Origin: a virus
Direction: 5' to 3' (one strand)
UHGV virus genome: UHGV-1355377
DNA: 41,184 bases
The position numbers were made by a program, and so were the translations under genes. The notes below the pieces were generated by a model, which worked only from the letters and a program-made list of their open reading frames with translations, was not told where the DNA came from and did not search any database. Positions 17,559 through 26,437 of the stretch are shown one piece after another (the first letter of the stretch is position 1; each line of letters opens with the position of its first letter).

Positions 17559-17587
17559 TTGGCGGTTTTTTGGCGTAAAGTTGGCGG
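17559..17587 (+). repeat. Three TTGGCG(G) direct repeats phased 11 bp apart, immediately after the arpU stop
   Basis: TTGGCGG at 17559, TTGGCG at 17570, TTGGCGG at 17581, each followed by T-runs. One helical turn spacing suggests a protein-binding array. Confidence 0.45.
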
Positions 17588-17596
17588 TTTTTATAC

Positions 17597-18158
17597 GAAT
17601 TTGAATGCTAATATAGTAATATCGAAAGTCAAAGAAATGGACACATTACACAACGCTTTCTGGTTTAGTCACCGTTTGATTTGACTTTCGATGGTCACTT
17701 GCAGACTTACGTTCTCAATAAAATGAAGTGAGGTGAATAACCTCCTCTTTTTTCTACAGGTTTGCAAGTGACACAAATAGTTGCTAGGGATGCAGTAGTA
17801 ACTACCTGATTCATACTAGTCGAGGTTAGGTATATTGCTCTATCCCAGCATATGACGATAAGAACATTAACCAGATCTCTGCGGCAGCTGCTTACGCACG
17901 AGAGCAATTCCTAAACTCATAGAGTAGCAGCTAGGTACGTTTAGGATAAACTTAATCAATTGTTTTTGCTGGTGTTTGATTGATCGGTCACTGTGGTGGA
18001 ATATAGACCAAACAAGGTGCAAATCCTTGTCAGTGACATAATCATTTTAGCCGTGAAAGTCTGCGAAAGCTACGTCCTGATGGGAAAACATTCTGACGAG
18101 AGTGTGCAAAGGTTAATTTGATTTATTAGCAATTGCTAGGAGGTAGCTCCTTCTGGTA
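17597..18158 (+). ncRNA. Candidate large structured noncoding RNA (ORF-free, multiple long-range inverted repeats) ending at the tRNA
   Basis: No credible ORF. 13-bp hairpin at 17631-43/17680-92. CACTTGCAA/TTGCAAGTG pairing at 17695 and 17760. Terminator-like hairpin GAGGT-gaata-ACCTC with T-run near 17738-17768. Flanked by a tRNA and a strong terminator at 18330-18358. Confidence 0.35.
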
Positions 18159-18232
18159 TGGCGTGTAGCTCAATTGGTGAGAGCGGTTGGTTTTCAATCA
18201 AGTACATGCAGGTTCGACTCCTGTCACGTCAA
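18159..18232 (+). tRNA. tRNA-like gene, anticodon UUC (Glu) by manual folding
   Basis: Acceptor TGGCGTG/CACGTCA with one G-U. D arm GCTC-AATTGGTGA-GAGC. Anticodon arm GTTGG-TTTTCAA-TCAAG with U33, A37 and one G-G mismatch at 27:43. Variable loop TACAT. T arm GCAGG-TTCGACT-CCTGT. No encoded CCA. Confidence 0.55.
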
Positions 18233-18329
18233 TAAGTAGCTTTTGCTGCTTAAATAAAAATATCGTCAATAATTCAAATGTAACTACCTTTACGATCGAA
18301 TGACGGTTAAGATTTTCCCTCCTATCTGA

Positions 18330-18362
18330 GACTGCACTTCTGAGTGCGGTCTTTTTATTATT
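18330..18362 (+). terminator. Rho-independent terminator (GACTGCACT-tctg-AGTGCGGTC + TTTTTATT)
   Basis: 9-bp stem with one G-U, followed by a T-run. Closes the ncRNA/tRNA transcription unit. Confidence 0.6.
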
Positions 18363-18412
18363 CGCATAATCAGTTATTCTGTATATATAAATTTGTAAAG
18401 GGGATAACGATT

Positions 18413-19273
18413 GTGGGAGAGAAAGCAAATGCAGTTAAAAATTTTTTATTTGAAAATGTTTTGTCAATAGTAGCTGATCAGGGAAAAGACTTTCTAAAAG
18501 AAAATGCTTTACCTTTATTAACAAATGAAATTGTGAAGCAAGGTGGTGATATATTGATTGATTACGGAGCTGGTTTGATACCGGGCATTGGGGGAGCTAT
18601 AACTGAGTTTAGGACGAATAAGAAAATAAGAAACTTAGAGATTATGGTTCAAGCAATCAGTAGAAGAAACGAAGAATTGAAGGAGAAATTTGAAAAACAA
18701 TCTTTAGAAAATAAGGAAGTTTTAGACGAAATATTTGAAATGGTCATGAAGAAAATTGAATCTACTAATCAAGCAGAAAAAATTGAATTTATGATTAATG
18801 GTTATTCAGAATTTTTGAATTTGGATAATCCATCTTTTGATGTGGCTTATTTATATTTTGATACGCTTGATAAACTGACTATTTTAGATATTTCAGTTCT
18901 TAAATTGTCCTATAAAACCAATACATTTGCTGATATCGATGGATACAATAACTATACAGAGTTATTAGAAGCATTCGATATCAATTACGACCAATATGTT
19001 GCAGTTAGAGAGAACTTATATCGGTTAGGCTTAATGCAAAATGAATATGATGATAAGCTTGCAAAAGACATAAAAAAAATGCAAATTGCTATTGAGGAAA
19101 TTAGAAATTCTACAGAGAGCATATTAAATTCTTTGTCTGGGAAAAGAAAAATAAAATTGAAAAGTCTAACTAGCAAAAGTAAGATAAGTCTTAAAGCGAA
19201 GGATAGATTGAAAATATCAAAATTTGGAAAAGATTTTATACGCTTTTTTATTATCAATAATCAAGAAAAATAG
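18413..19273 (+). CDS. Hypothetical cargo protein in the arpU-terS hotspot (coiled-coil, Gly-rich hydrophobic N-segment, basic tail)
   Basis: GTG start 18413 after AAAGGGG SD. DILIDYGAGLIPGIGGAITEF hydrophobic segment. C-terminal KRKIKLKSLTSKSKISLKAKDRLKISKFGK. No assignable family. Confidence 0.5.
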   Translation: MGEKANAVKNFLFENVLSIVADQGKDFLKENALPLLTNEIVKQGGDILIDYGAGLIPGIGGAITEFRTNKKIRNLEIMVQAISRRNEELKEKFEKQSLENKEVLDEIFEMVMKKIESTNQAEKIEFMINGYSEFLNLDNPSFDVAYLYFDTLDKLTILDISVLKLSYKTNTFADIDGYNNYTELLEAFDINYDQYVAVRENLYRLGLMQNEYDDKLAKDIKKMQIAIEEIRNSTESILNSLSGKRKIKLKSLTSKSKISLKAKDRLKISKFGKDFIRFFIINNQEK

Positions 19274-19338
19274 ATCACTTATTTAGTGGTCTTTTTTTCG
19301 TACATAAAAAAGCCACTAGACTATGGGTTCTAGTGGCT
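19273..19338 (+). terminator. Tandem hairpins after the hotspot gene (19273-19299 with T-run; 19311-19338 AGCCACTAGA/TCTAGTGGCT)
   Basis: First hairpin is followed by TTTTTTT. The second is a perfect 10-bp stem, A-rich upstream, with no T-run downstream. Confidence 0.5.
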
Positions 19339-19481
19339 AGGTAGCGTTAGTGTCAAAATTAAGATAGATTGTAGTTTCTGAACTTAAGTTTTTAAAAAAG
19401 GAGCGCTACCTTATAAAGAGTATAACAGGTATTTGTGTATCTGTCGCACATTTACATAAAATTAATTAGGAGGTGAATAAC

Positions 19482-19943
19482 ATGATAAGGAATCCAAAAC
19501 ATCAGGTTTTTGCTGATGAATGGCTGATTGATATGAATGGTACGAGAGCGTATAAAGTCGCATATCCAAACATAAAAAAAGACACCACAGCAAGAGTGAA
19601 TGCAAGTAGACTGCTAACAGATGCTAACGTGAAGCGATATATTGATGAACAGCTAGAAAAGATGCAGAACGAAAGAGTTGCAGATGCACAAGAAGTCCTA
19701 GAGTATCTCACTAGCACCATGCGTGGTGAAAAAATGAAAGGTGTTTATAATACCGAAACAACTAATGATGAAGGGGAAATATTTACGCATCAGAAAAGCT
19801 ATGAATATACTCCTAGCACGGAGGAGAGGACTAAAGCAGCGGAATTACTTGGTAAACGTCATGCGCTGTTCACTGACAAACAACAAATAGAAGTTACTGA
19901 AATGCCAGTATTTGTTGATGATATCGGTGATGATGATGGTTAA
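19482..19943 (+). CDS. terS: Terminase small subunit
   Basis: IRNPKHQVFADEWLIDMNGTRAYKVAYPN is a typical TerS (P27-like) N-terminus. AGGAGGTGA SD before ATG 19482. Immediately upstream of, and overlapping, terL. Confidence 0.75.
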   Translation: MIRNPKHQVFADEWLIDMNGTRAYKVAYPNIKKDTTARVNASRLLTDANVKRYIDEQLEKMQNERVADAQEVLEYLTSTMRGEKMKGVYNTETTNDEGEIFTHQKSYEYTPSTEERTKAAELLGKRHALFTDKQQIEVTEMPVFVDDIGDDDG

Positions 19944-21237
19944 GAAAAAACTATCAGAATTATTACCGAAAAAATTTCATTCGGTATGGAGAGCAACTCT
20001 TAACTCGGACATACTGAATATTGTTTGTAAGGGTGGACGCGGTTCTGGTAAATCATCAGATATTGCACATATTATTACTCAATTACTTATGAGGTATGCT
20101 GTCAATGCGGTTGGCATTCGATATGTTGATAATACATTAGAACAATCAATCTACGAGCAAATGAAGTGGGCGATTGAACAGCAAGGGGTAACGCATCTAT
20201 TTAAATTTAATAAATCACCGTTAAGAATCACATACATACCTCGTGGGAATTATATGATTTTCAGAGGTGCCCAAAATCCCGAAAGAATCAAGTCTTTAAA
20301 AGATAGTAGATTCCCGTTTGCGATTGGCTGGATTGAGGAGTTAGGCGAGTTTAAAACTGAAGATGAAGTAACGACCATTACCAATTCACTTTTACGTGGT
20401 GAATTAGGAGATGGTCTTTTTTATAAATTCTTTTTCAGCTACAACCCGCCAAAACGTCGACAATCTTGGGTGAACAAAAAATATGAATCTAGTTTCCAAC
20501 CTGAGAATACATTTGTTCATCACTCTACTTATAAAGATAATCCTTTTATTTCGAGAGAATTCTTGAGAGAAGTGGAGGCAGCAAGAGATAGAAATCCTTT
20601 GCGTGCTAGATGGGAATACGATGGTGAAGCAATCGGTTCTGGAGTAGTTCCATTCAGTAACCTAAAAGTGGAGAAAGGCTGTATAACTGATGAAATGGTT
20701 GCTAATTTTGATAATATCAGAAACGGTCTTGACTTCGGCTATGCTACTGATCCGTTAGCGTTCGTTCGATGGCATTATGATAAAAAGAAAAATGGTATCT
20801 ATGCTATTGATGAAATTTATGGTGTGAAAATTAGTAATAGGGAATTAGCTAAAAAACTACATGAAAAGGGCTATCAAAATGATGAAATTTTTTCTGATTC
20901 TGCTGAGCCCAAAAGTAATGCAGAGTTAGTAAATGAGCATGGTATCAATCATATAAAAGGTGTTAAAAAAGGCCCGGATTCGGTTGAATATGGTGAGCAA
21001 TGGCTAGATGACTTAGATTTTATTTGTATCGATCCATTGAGGACTCCAAATATAGCTAAGGAATTTGAAAACATTGATTATCAGACTGATAGAGATGGTA
21101 ATCCTAAACCGAGACTAGAAGATAAAGACAATCATACAATTGATGCCACACGTTACGGATTTAACGAAGACATGTGGGCGAAGAAAAAAACTAAAATTAG
21201 TAAAAATCAAAGAAACAAAATAAAAAGAATGTTTTAA
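19912..21237 (+). CDS. terL: Terminase large subunit
   Basis: Walker A-like CKGGRGSGKS, an ATPase domain then a nuclease domain with conserved acidic residues. About 440 aa. Start ambiguous between 19912 and 19936. Confidence 0.85.
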   Translation: MLMISVMMMVKKKLSELLPKKFHSVWRATLNSDILNIVCKGGRGSGKSSDIAHIITQLLMRYAVNAVGIRYVDNTLEQSIYEQMKWAIEQQGVTHLFKFNKSPLRITYIPRGNYMIFRGAQNPERIKSLKDSRFPFAIGWIEELGEFKTEDEVTTITNSLLRGELGDGLFYKFFFSYNPPKRRQSWVNKKYESSFQPENTFVHHSTYKDNPFISREFLREVEAARDRNPLRARWEYDGEAIGSGVVPFSNLKVEKGCITDEMVANFDNIRNGLDFGYATDPLAFVRWHYDKKKNGIYAIDEIYGVKISNRELAKKLHEKGYQNDEIFSDSAEPKSNAELVNEHGINHIKGVKKGPDSVEYGEQWLDDLDFICIDPLRTPNIAKEFENIDYQTDRDGNPKPRLEDKDNHTIDATRYGFNEDMWAKKKTKISKNQRNKIKRMF

Positions 21238-21254
21238 AAAAAGGAGTGTGAAGT

Positions 21255-22793
21255 ATGGAAAATGAAGAAATCCAAAAAGTTAATGAATTTGAACATGGAT
21301 CGGACATCAGCTATTCAAGTGATGTGAATGAAAATTTTGTTAGCTTTGGCGTAGAATCAAATATTCACTATAGATATAGTTCTGCAGAAGAATTGTTGGA
21401 TAATACTGATGTTTTAGCAAAAATGATTGTGCACCATAATGAACACCAGGTTCCACGTCTACAGGTTTTGGATGATTATTATAAAGCGAAGAATACAAAC
21501 ATCATCAAAAATCGTCGCCGTAAGGAAAAAGAAAAAGCAGACCATAGAGCTGCTCATAATTTTGGAAAAGTTCTTGCAACGTTTGATGTTGGATACAATA
21601 CAGGCAATCCATTAAAAGTCCAAATTAATAATAAAGCTAGTCAAGAGACCATTGATAATTTCAATCAAGATAATGACATTGACGGATTGAATGGAGAATT
21701 GTGGTTAGATATGGATAAATACGGCCGAGCTTATGAAATCATATATCGAGATGAAGATGACGTTGACTATGTTGATCTATGCAATGTTTTTGAAACGTTT
21801 GTTGTTTATGATACAACGGTCAAGCGTAGACCAATACTTGCTGTTCGTTATCCTAAAACTAAATTTACTATAGATGCAGACAAACAGTATATTCAACCGA
21901 TAATTTACACAAAAGACAAAATCATTACTTACGCTGAAACGACTCTTGCTACGATTAAACTAAGTGATCCAAAAGAGGATTCTCATGATTACAAAGAAGT
22001 TCAGATAACTGAGTTTTCTCCTAATCGTTTTAGAATGGGATTGTATGAAGATATTTTATCTCAAATCGATTTGTATGATGCTGGACAGTCTGACACTGCT
22101 AATTACATGACGGACTTAAACGATGCGCTATTAGTGATTAGCGGAGACATTGAAGCAGCGGGTCTATCAACCGAAGATGCTATTAAGCAAAAAGAAGCGA
22201 ACATTCTTTTACTTGAATCTGGCACAGATATCAATGGTAACAAGACCTCAGTGAATGCTAGCTACATCTATAAACAATACGATGTAAACGGCGTTGAAGC
22301 CTACAAAGAACGAGTGAGAAAAGGAATACATGAAATATCTATGATTCCAGATTTAACAGATACAAATTTTTCTGGTGTTCAATCAGGAGAAGCAATGAAG
22401 TATAAAATGTTTGGTTTCAATCAAATGACGGCAGTAAAGCAAAGACTATTTAAAAAAAGTCTTGTGCGGCGCTATCGTCTTTTATTTAATCTGAAATCAA
22501 GTGTTTCTGAGATTGATAACTCCGATTTAAAAGGATTGCGAATTATCTTTACTCCTAATCTTCCGAAAGCAATTCTAGAAGAATTAAAAACATTGATTGA
22601 CTCTGGAGCTGAGTTAAGCCAAGAAACAATTTTAGGTCTAGCTTCGTTTGTTGATGATGTTCAAGCTGAATTAGAACGTGTAAAAAATGAAAATAAACCA
22701 TTAGATATTACTGATGAAGAAGTAGCCAAAACGAAAGTGAATCAGGCAAAATTTTTAGCTAAACAATCGGAAAAGGAAACCGAGGAGGAATGA
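21255..22793 (+). CDS. Portal protein
   Basis: 512-aa protein directly after terL, in the conserved terL-portal-minor head order. Acidic C-terminus. Confidence 0.7.
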   Translation: MENEEIQKVNEFEHGSDISYSSDVNENFVSFGVESNIHYRYSSAEELLDNTDVLAKMIVHHNEHQVPRLQVLDDYYKAKNTNIIKNRRRKEKEKADHRAAHNFGKVLATFDVGYNTGNPLKVQINNKASQETIDNFNQDNDIDGLNGELWLDMDKYGRAYEIIYRDEDDVDYVDLCNVFETFVVYDTTVKRRPILAVRYPKTKFTIDADKQYIQPIIYTKDKIITYAETTLATIKLSDPKEDSHDYKEVQITEFSPNRFRMGLYEDILSQIDLYDAGQSDTANYMTDLNDALLVISGDIEAAGLSTEDAIKQKEANILLLESGTDINGNKTSVNASYIYKQYDVNGVEAYKERVRKGIHEISMIPDLTDTNFSGVQSGEAMKYKMFGFNQMTAVKQRLFKKSLVRRYRLLFNLKSSVSEIDNSDLKGLRIIFTPNLPKAILEELKTLIDSGAELSQETILGLASFVDDVQAELERVKNENKPLDITDEEVAKTKVNQAKFLAKQSEKETEEE

Positions 22794-22797
22794 TTGA

Positions 22798-23736
22798 ATG
22801 TCCTACTTGAAAAATCGTGAAGAATCTTGGATCAAAGAACAGATGAAGCTAGATCGCGATAGAGAAAAAGAAATTGTTCAACAGCTTCAAAATGCTATTG
22901 ATGCGATTCAAACCGAAATTGAAGCTAACTGGGATAGATTTTCCAATGGCCAAAAGATTACGATTAGCGAAGCAAGAAAAATGGCTAATAAGATGGACGT
23001 AAAACGCTTTGAGAGAAAAGCGAAGGAGTATGTAAAAAATAAAGACTTTAGTCCACAGGCCAATAAAGAATTGAAAATCTATAACTTAGTAATGCGAGTG
23101 TCTAGATTAGAGCTATTAAAGTCTCAAATTGGTTTAGAACTAATCACGTTGTTTGATGAGCTAGATAAGTGGGGATATTCTCAGTTATCTGAAGCAGCAA
23201 AAGATGAGTATTTAAGACAGGCGGGAATATTAGGCGAAACCGTTAAAGAAAATTATTCGTCTAAGGTTAGAAAAATTGTTAATGCATCATTCAAATCAAG
23301 TGAATTCCCTTCGTTTAGTGATAACATTTGGCAAAATTTTGTTGAAATGAAAGCTGATTTAGAAAAAATAATCACTCAGGCAATCACTCAAGGTAAAAAT
23401 CCAAGAGCAGTAGCAAAAGAGATGGTAAAATTTTTAAAGCCTAACCAATTAAATATAAGATACAAGCTAAATAGGCTAATGATGACTGAAATATCTGGTG
23501 TTCAAACAGATATTCAAAAGCAAAGTTACTTGGATGCAGATATCGAAGAATATGATTACATTGCAGAACCGTTTGCCTGTGAAATATGTAAAAAAGTAGC
23601 TAAGGGTAGTCCTTATAAAGTACTAAAGATGAAAAAAGGAATTAATGCTCCTTATATGCATCCTCATTGTAAGTGCTCTACTGTCCCTAAAGTTAGTGAG
23701 GATTATGAGAAGTCGCTGAAAGAAAGAGGTTTGTAA
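22798..23736 (+). CDS. Minor head / head morphogenesis protein (SPP1 gp7-like)
   Basis: Position after portal. C-terminal Cys-rich CEICKKV...HPHCKCS is typical of this family. Confidence 0.6.
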   Translation: MSYLKNREESWIKEQMKLDRDREKEIVQQLQNAIDAIQTEIEANWDRFSNGQKITISEARKMANKMDVKRFERKAKEYVKNKDFSPQANKELKIYNLVMRVSRLELLKSQIGLELITLFDELDKWGYSQLSEAAKDEYLRQAGILGETVKENYSSKVRKIVNASFKSSEFPSFSDNIWQNFVEMKADLEKIITQAITQGKNPRAVAKEMVKFLKPNQLNIRYKLNRLMMTEISGVQTDIQKQSYLDADIEEYDYIAEPFACEICKKVAKGSPYKVLKMKKGINAPYMHPHCKCSTVPKVSEDYEKSLKERGL

Positions 23737-24006
23737 ATGGATAATCTATATAAATGCAATCAATGTCATAAACACACTCCTTTAATTAGAAAATCTGAAA
23801 ATATCACGAAGGATGTCGAACACCATTATGCTGAATGTGCAAATTGTGGATATAAAGCGACAATTATGTATATGAATACCGAAATCAAGTTATTAATGTA
23901 TGAACAAAGAAAAACAAAATTTGGTACAAAAAAGAAAGGTAAATTGACAGAAAAGCTAAACAGATTAATTTCTGAATTAAGAAAAGAAGTCGAAGAATCA
24001 CTTTAA
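23737..24006 (+). CDS. Small zinc-ribbon protein
   Basis: CNQCHK...CANCGY pairs of CxxC. Confidence 0.45.
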   Translation: MDNLYKCNQCHKHTPLIRKSENITKDVEHHYAECANCGYKATIMYMNTEIKLLMYEQRKTKFGTKKKGKLTEKLNRLISELRKEVEESL

Positions 24007-24010
24007 AATT

Positions 24011-24364
24011 ATGACAGAAAGGTGTGATTCTATGAATGACGATCCTTATGATTATTTAGATGCTGATTATGAAGAATATTTAAGAAAAGAGGGTAAAATG
24101 ATGGATTCACAAGAATTTATTGATAAATGTAAAGAAATTGTTTCAAATTATGCAAACAAACACTTGGATAAATCAGATCAAAAAGAAATTACAAAAAAAG
24201 ATGTTTTTGTAGTTTGGAGTTGTAAAACATTGCAGAATAACAAAGCTCTATTAAGCACTACTTTACTTGATGGTATGTATTATGAATTAACATTAAACGG
24301 CGACAAGCAAGAGATTTATTTTGATGCATACAAAAAATGGGAAAATAAGGCAATTAAAGTCTAA
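24011..24364 (+). CDS. Hypothetical protein
   Basis: 117-aa ORF followed by terminator CTAAC-aaac-GTTAG + GCTTTTT at 24362-24385. Confidence 0.45.
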   Translation: MTERCDSMNDDPYDYLDADYEEYLRKEGKMMDSQEFIDKCKEIVSNYANKHLDKSDQKEITKKDVFVVWSCKTLQNNKALLSTTLLDGMYYELTLNGDKQEIYFDAYKKWENKAIKV

Positions 24365-24486
24365 CAAACGTTAGGCTTTTTATATTGCCTTCTTACTGCT
24401 TACAGGCACTAAAGAGAAAGCTGTTTCGATTGATAGGCGTAACTTATCAAATATATCGGGTAGCGGCGTAACCGTGGAGGATAATC

Positions 24487-25086
24487 ATGAAAACAAAAAA
24501 ACTATTATTGCCAATGCATTTACAATTCTTTGCTGATAATCCAGATACTGGCACTGGAGGTACGGACCAACCGGCCGGAGGTCAAGAGCAAACACCGCCA
24601 GAAGATAGCGGCAAAGATAAAGGTAATGAAAAAACGTTTTCTCGTGGTGAAGTAGCAAAAATGATCGCTGCTGAAGTATCAAAAACAAAAGAAGCTTGGG
24701 AAAAAGAGCAACAAGAAAAACAAGCAGAAGCAGAAAAACTGGCAAAAATGAATGCTCAGGAAAAAGCTGAACATGAAAAGAAACAGCTAGAAGCAAAAAT
24801 TGCGGAATTGGAACGTAGTCAAGCATTAGTTTCCATGTCAAAGGAAGCTTCTAAAATGCTTTCAGAGGCTAGTTTGCCGCATGACGATGATTTGCTAGGA
24901 TTGATTGTTTCAGATGATGCGGAAGCTACAAAAAAAGCTGTCGCTATTGTTACGAACTATGTATCAATGATTAAGAAAGAAAATGCTCGCCAAAAAACAC
25001 CAGGTGAGGGTGGACAATTTTCAACTGATAAAAAAGAAACCGAATCAGTTGCAGCTCTTGCAGCAAGTAAACGAATTGTAAAATAG
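24487..25086 (+). CDS. Head scaffolding protein
   Basis: Highly charged A/E/K-rich coiled coil, immediately before the major capsid gene. Confidence 0.65.
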   Translation: MKTKKLLLPMHLQFFADNPDTGTGGTDQPAGGQEQTPPEDSGKDKGNEKTFSRGEVAKMIAAEVSKTKEAWEKEQQEKQAEAEKLAKMNAQEKAEHEKKQLEAKIAELERSQALVSMSKEASKMLSEASLPHDDDLLGLIVSDDAEATKKAVAIVTNYVSMIKKENARQKTPGEGGQFSTDKKETESVAALAASKRIVK

Positions 25087-25098
25087 GAGGAAATATAA

Positions 25099-26031
25099 AT
25101 GAAGAAAAAACAATTAATGAAAATGGATATTCAAATGTTTGCTCAAACATGGAATCCAGACAACGTCACTGTATTAGAGAAAAAAGATGGAACAATTCCA
25201 GATAAGTACAACACTTTAATTTTAAAAGATGTGATGGAAAATTCTAAGTTAATGCAGTTGGCTAAATATGAAGAAATGGACGGCAAAGAAAAGAAATTCG
25301 AATACTTTGCAGAAGGTCCTGGGGCGTACTGGGTTGGTGAAGGCGAAAAGATTAAAACGTCTAAACCTAAATGGTTAAACGTAACGATGACTGCGAAAAA
25401 AATTGGTGTTATTATCCCAGTTTCTCGGGAATATTTAACTTATAAGATGTCTGATTTCTTTACTCAAATGCAACCAAAAATCGCAGAAGCATTTTATAAG
25501 AAAATTGATGCGGCTACTATCCTTGATAAAGAAAATCCATTCTCTCAATCTATTGAAAAATCTGTCATTGCAGCTAGTAATGTAATTGAGGGCGACTTGA
25601 CATATGACAACATTTTAGCATTAGAGGATTTGCTTGGAGAAGGTGAATACGATCCGAATGCTTTCATTTCTAATCGTAAGAATCGTACAGTGTTACGTGA
25701 AGCAAGTAAAAAAATTGGTGACACAACTCAATTTATTTATGATCGTGTCAGCAATACTATTGATGGACTACCTGTAGCAGATCTAAAATCTATGGATAAG
25801 GGAAACCTTTATACTGGTGATTTTGATTACTTGCGCTATGGTATCCCATTTAACATTAATTTCAAAATTTCAGAAGAAGCTCAATTATCTACTCTAACGA
25901 ATGAAGACGGTACGCCTGTCAACTTGTACGAACAAGAATTGGTTGCTTTACGAGCTACAATGGATATTGGTTTCATGGTCATCAAAGATGAAGCATTTGC
26001 TAAGATTCAACCAAAAGCTGCGGGGGAGTAA
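25099..26031 (+). CDS. Major capsid protein
   Basis: About 300 aa between scaffold and connectors. Strong stem-loop just after the stop. Confidence 0.7.
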   Translation: MKKKQLMKMDIQMFAQTWNPDNVTVLEKKDGTIPDKYNTLILKDVMENSKLMQLAKYEEMDGKEKKFEYFAEGPGAYWVGEGEKIKTSKPKWLNVTMTAKKIGVIIPVSREYLTYKMSDFFTQMQPKIAEAFYKKIDAATILDKENPFSQSIEKSVIAASNVIEGDLTYDNILALEDLLGEGEYDPNAFISNRKNRTVLREASKKIGDTTQFIYDRVSNTIDGLPVADLKSMDKGNLYTGDFDYLRYGIPFNINFKISEEAQLSTLTNEDGTPVNLYEQELVALRATMDIGFMVIKDEAFAKIQPKAAGE

Positions 26032-26093
26032 CTAGCCCTGTTGTCGGAAAAGTAACACCGACAACAAATGGGGCGACAATCGAACTAACTTAG
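26004..26093 (+). other. -1 frame ORF overlapping the capsid gene 3' end; encodes a conserved extension ...VTSPVVGKVTPTTNGATIELT*
   Basis: Open in the -1 frame from 26004 to TAG 26091-93. The peptide matches the one after the major tail gene at 12/21 identities, with synonymous third-position changes. 9-bp stem-loop at 26039-26066, 10 nt after the candidate shift site G_GGG_GAG (26022-28). Confidence 0.55.
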
Positions 26094-26104
26094 GTGGTGT
26101 TTAG

Positions 26105-26437
26105 ATGTCAGAGATAGCAAATGATGTAAAAAAATTATTAAATGGTAGTCTTGATGAAAAATTAGAAATCATTGAAAGACGTACAAAAGATCGGCTTCAA
26201 AATATATTGAATGTCACTGAGTTACCAAAAAGTTTTGATTCAGTTGTATATGAAGTCACTTTAAAACGATTTAATCGTATTGGCCAAGAAGGAATGCAAT
26301 CTTATTCTCAAGAAGGTTTATCTATGGCATTTCCAGACTCTGATTTTTCTGAATATCAAGATGAGATTGAAGAGTATAAGAATAAGGAAATAGAAGAACT
26401 TTATAAGCCTAAACGTGGGAGGTTTACATTTTCATGA
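26105..26437 (+). CDS. Head-tail connector protein
   Basis: 110-aa ORF, first of four small genes between capsid and major tail; canonical order. Confidence 0.5.
   Translation: MSEIANDVKKLLNGSLDEKLEIIERRTKDRLQNILNVTELPKSFDSVVYEVTLKRFNRIGQEGMQSYSQEGLSMAFPDSDFSEYQDEIEEYKNKEIEELYKPKRGRFTFS

Noticed and set aside
17597-18158. Group I or group II intron in the arpU-terS gap
   Set aside because: No split host ORF flanks the region and no intron-encoded protein (homing endonuclease or RT) is present. A free-standing ncRNA is the more economical reading, but only a covariance search can settle it.
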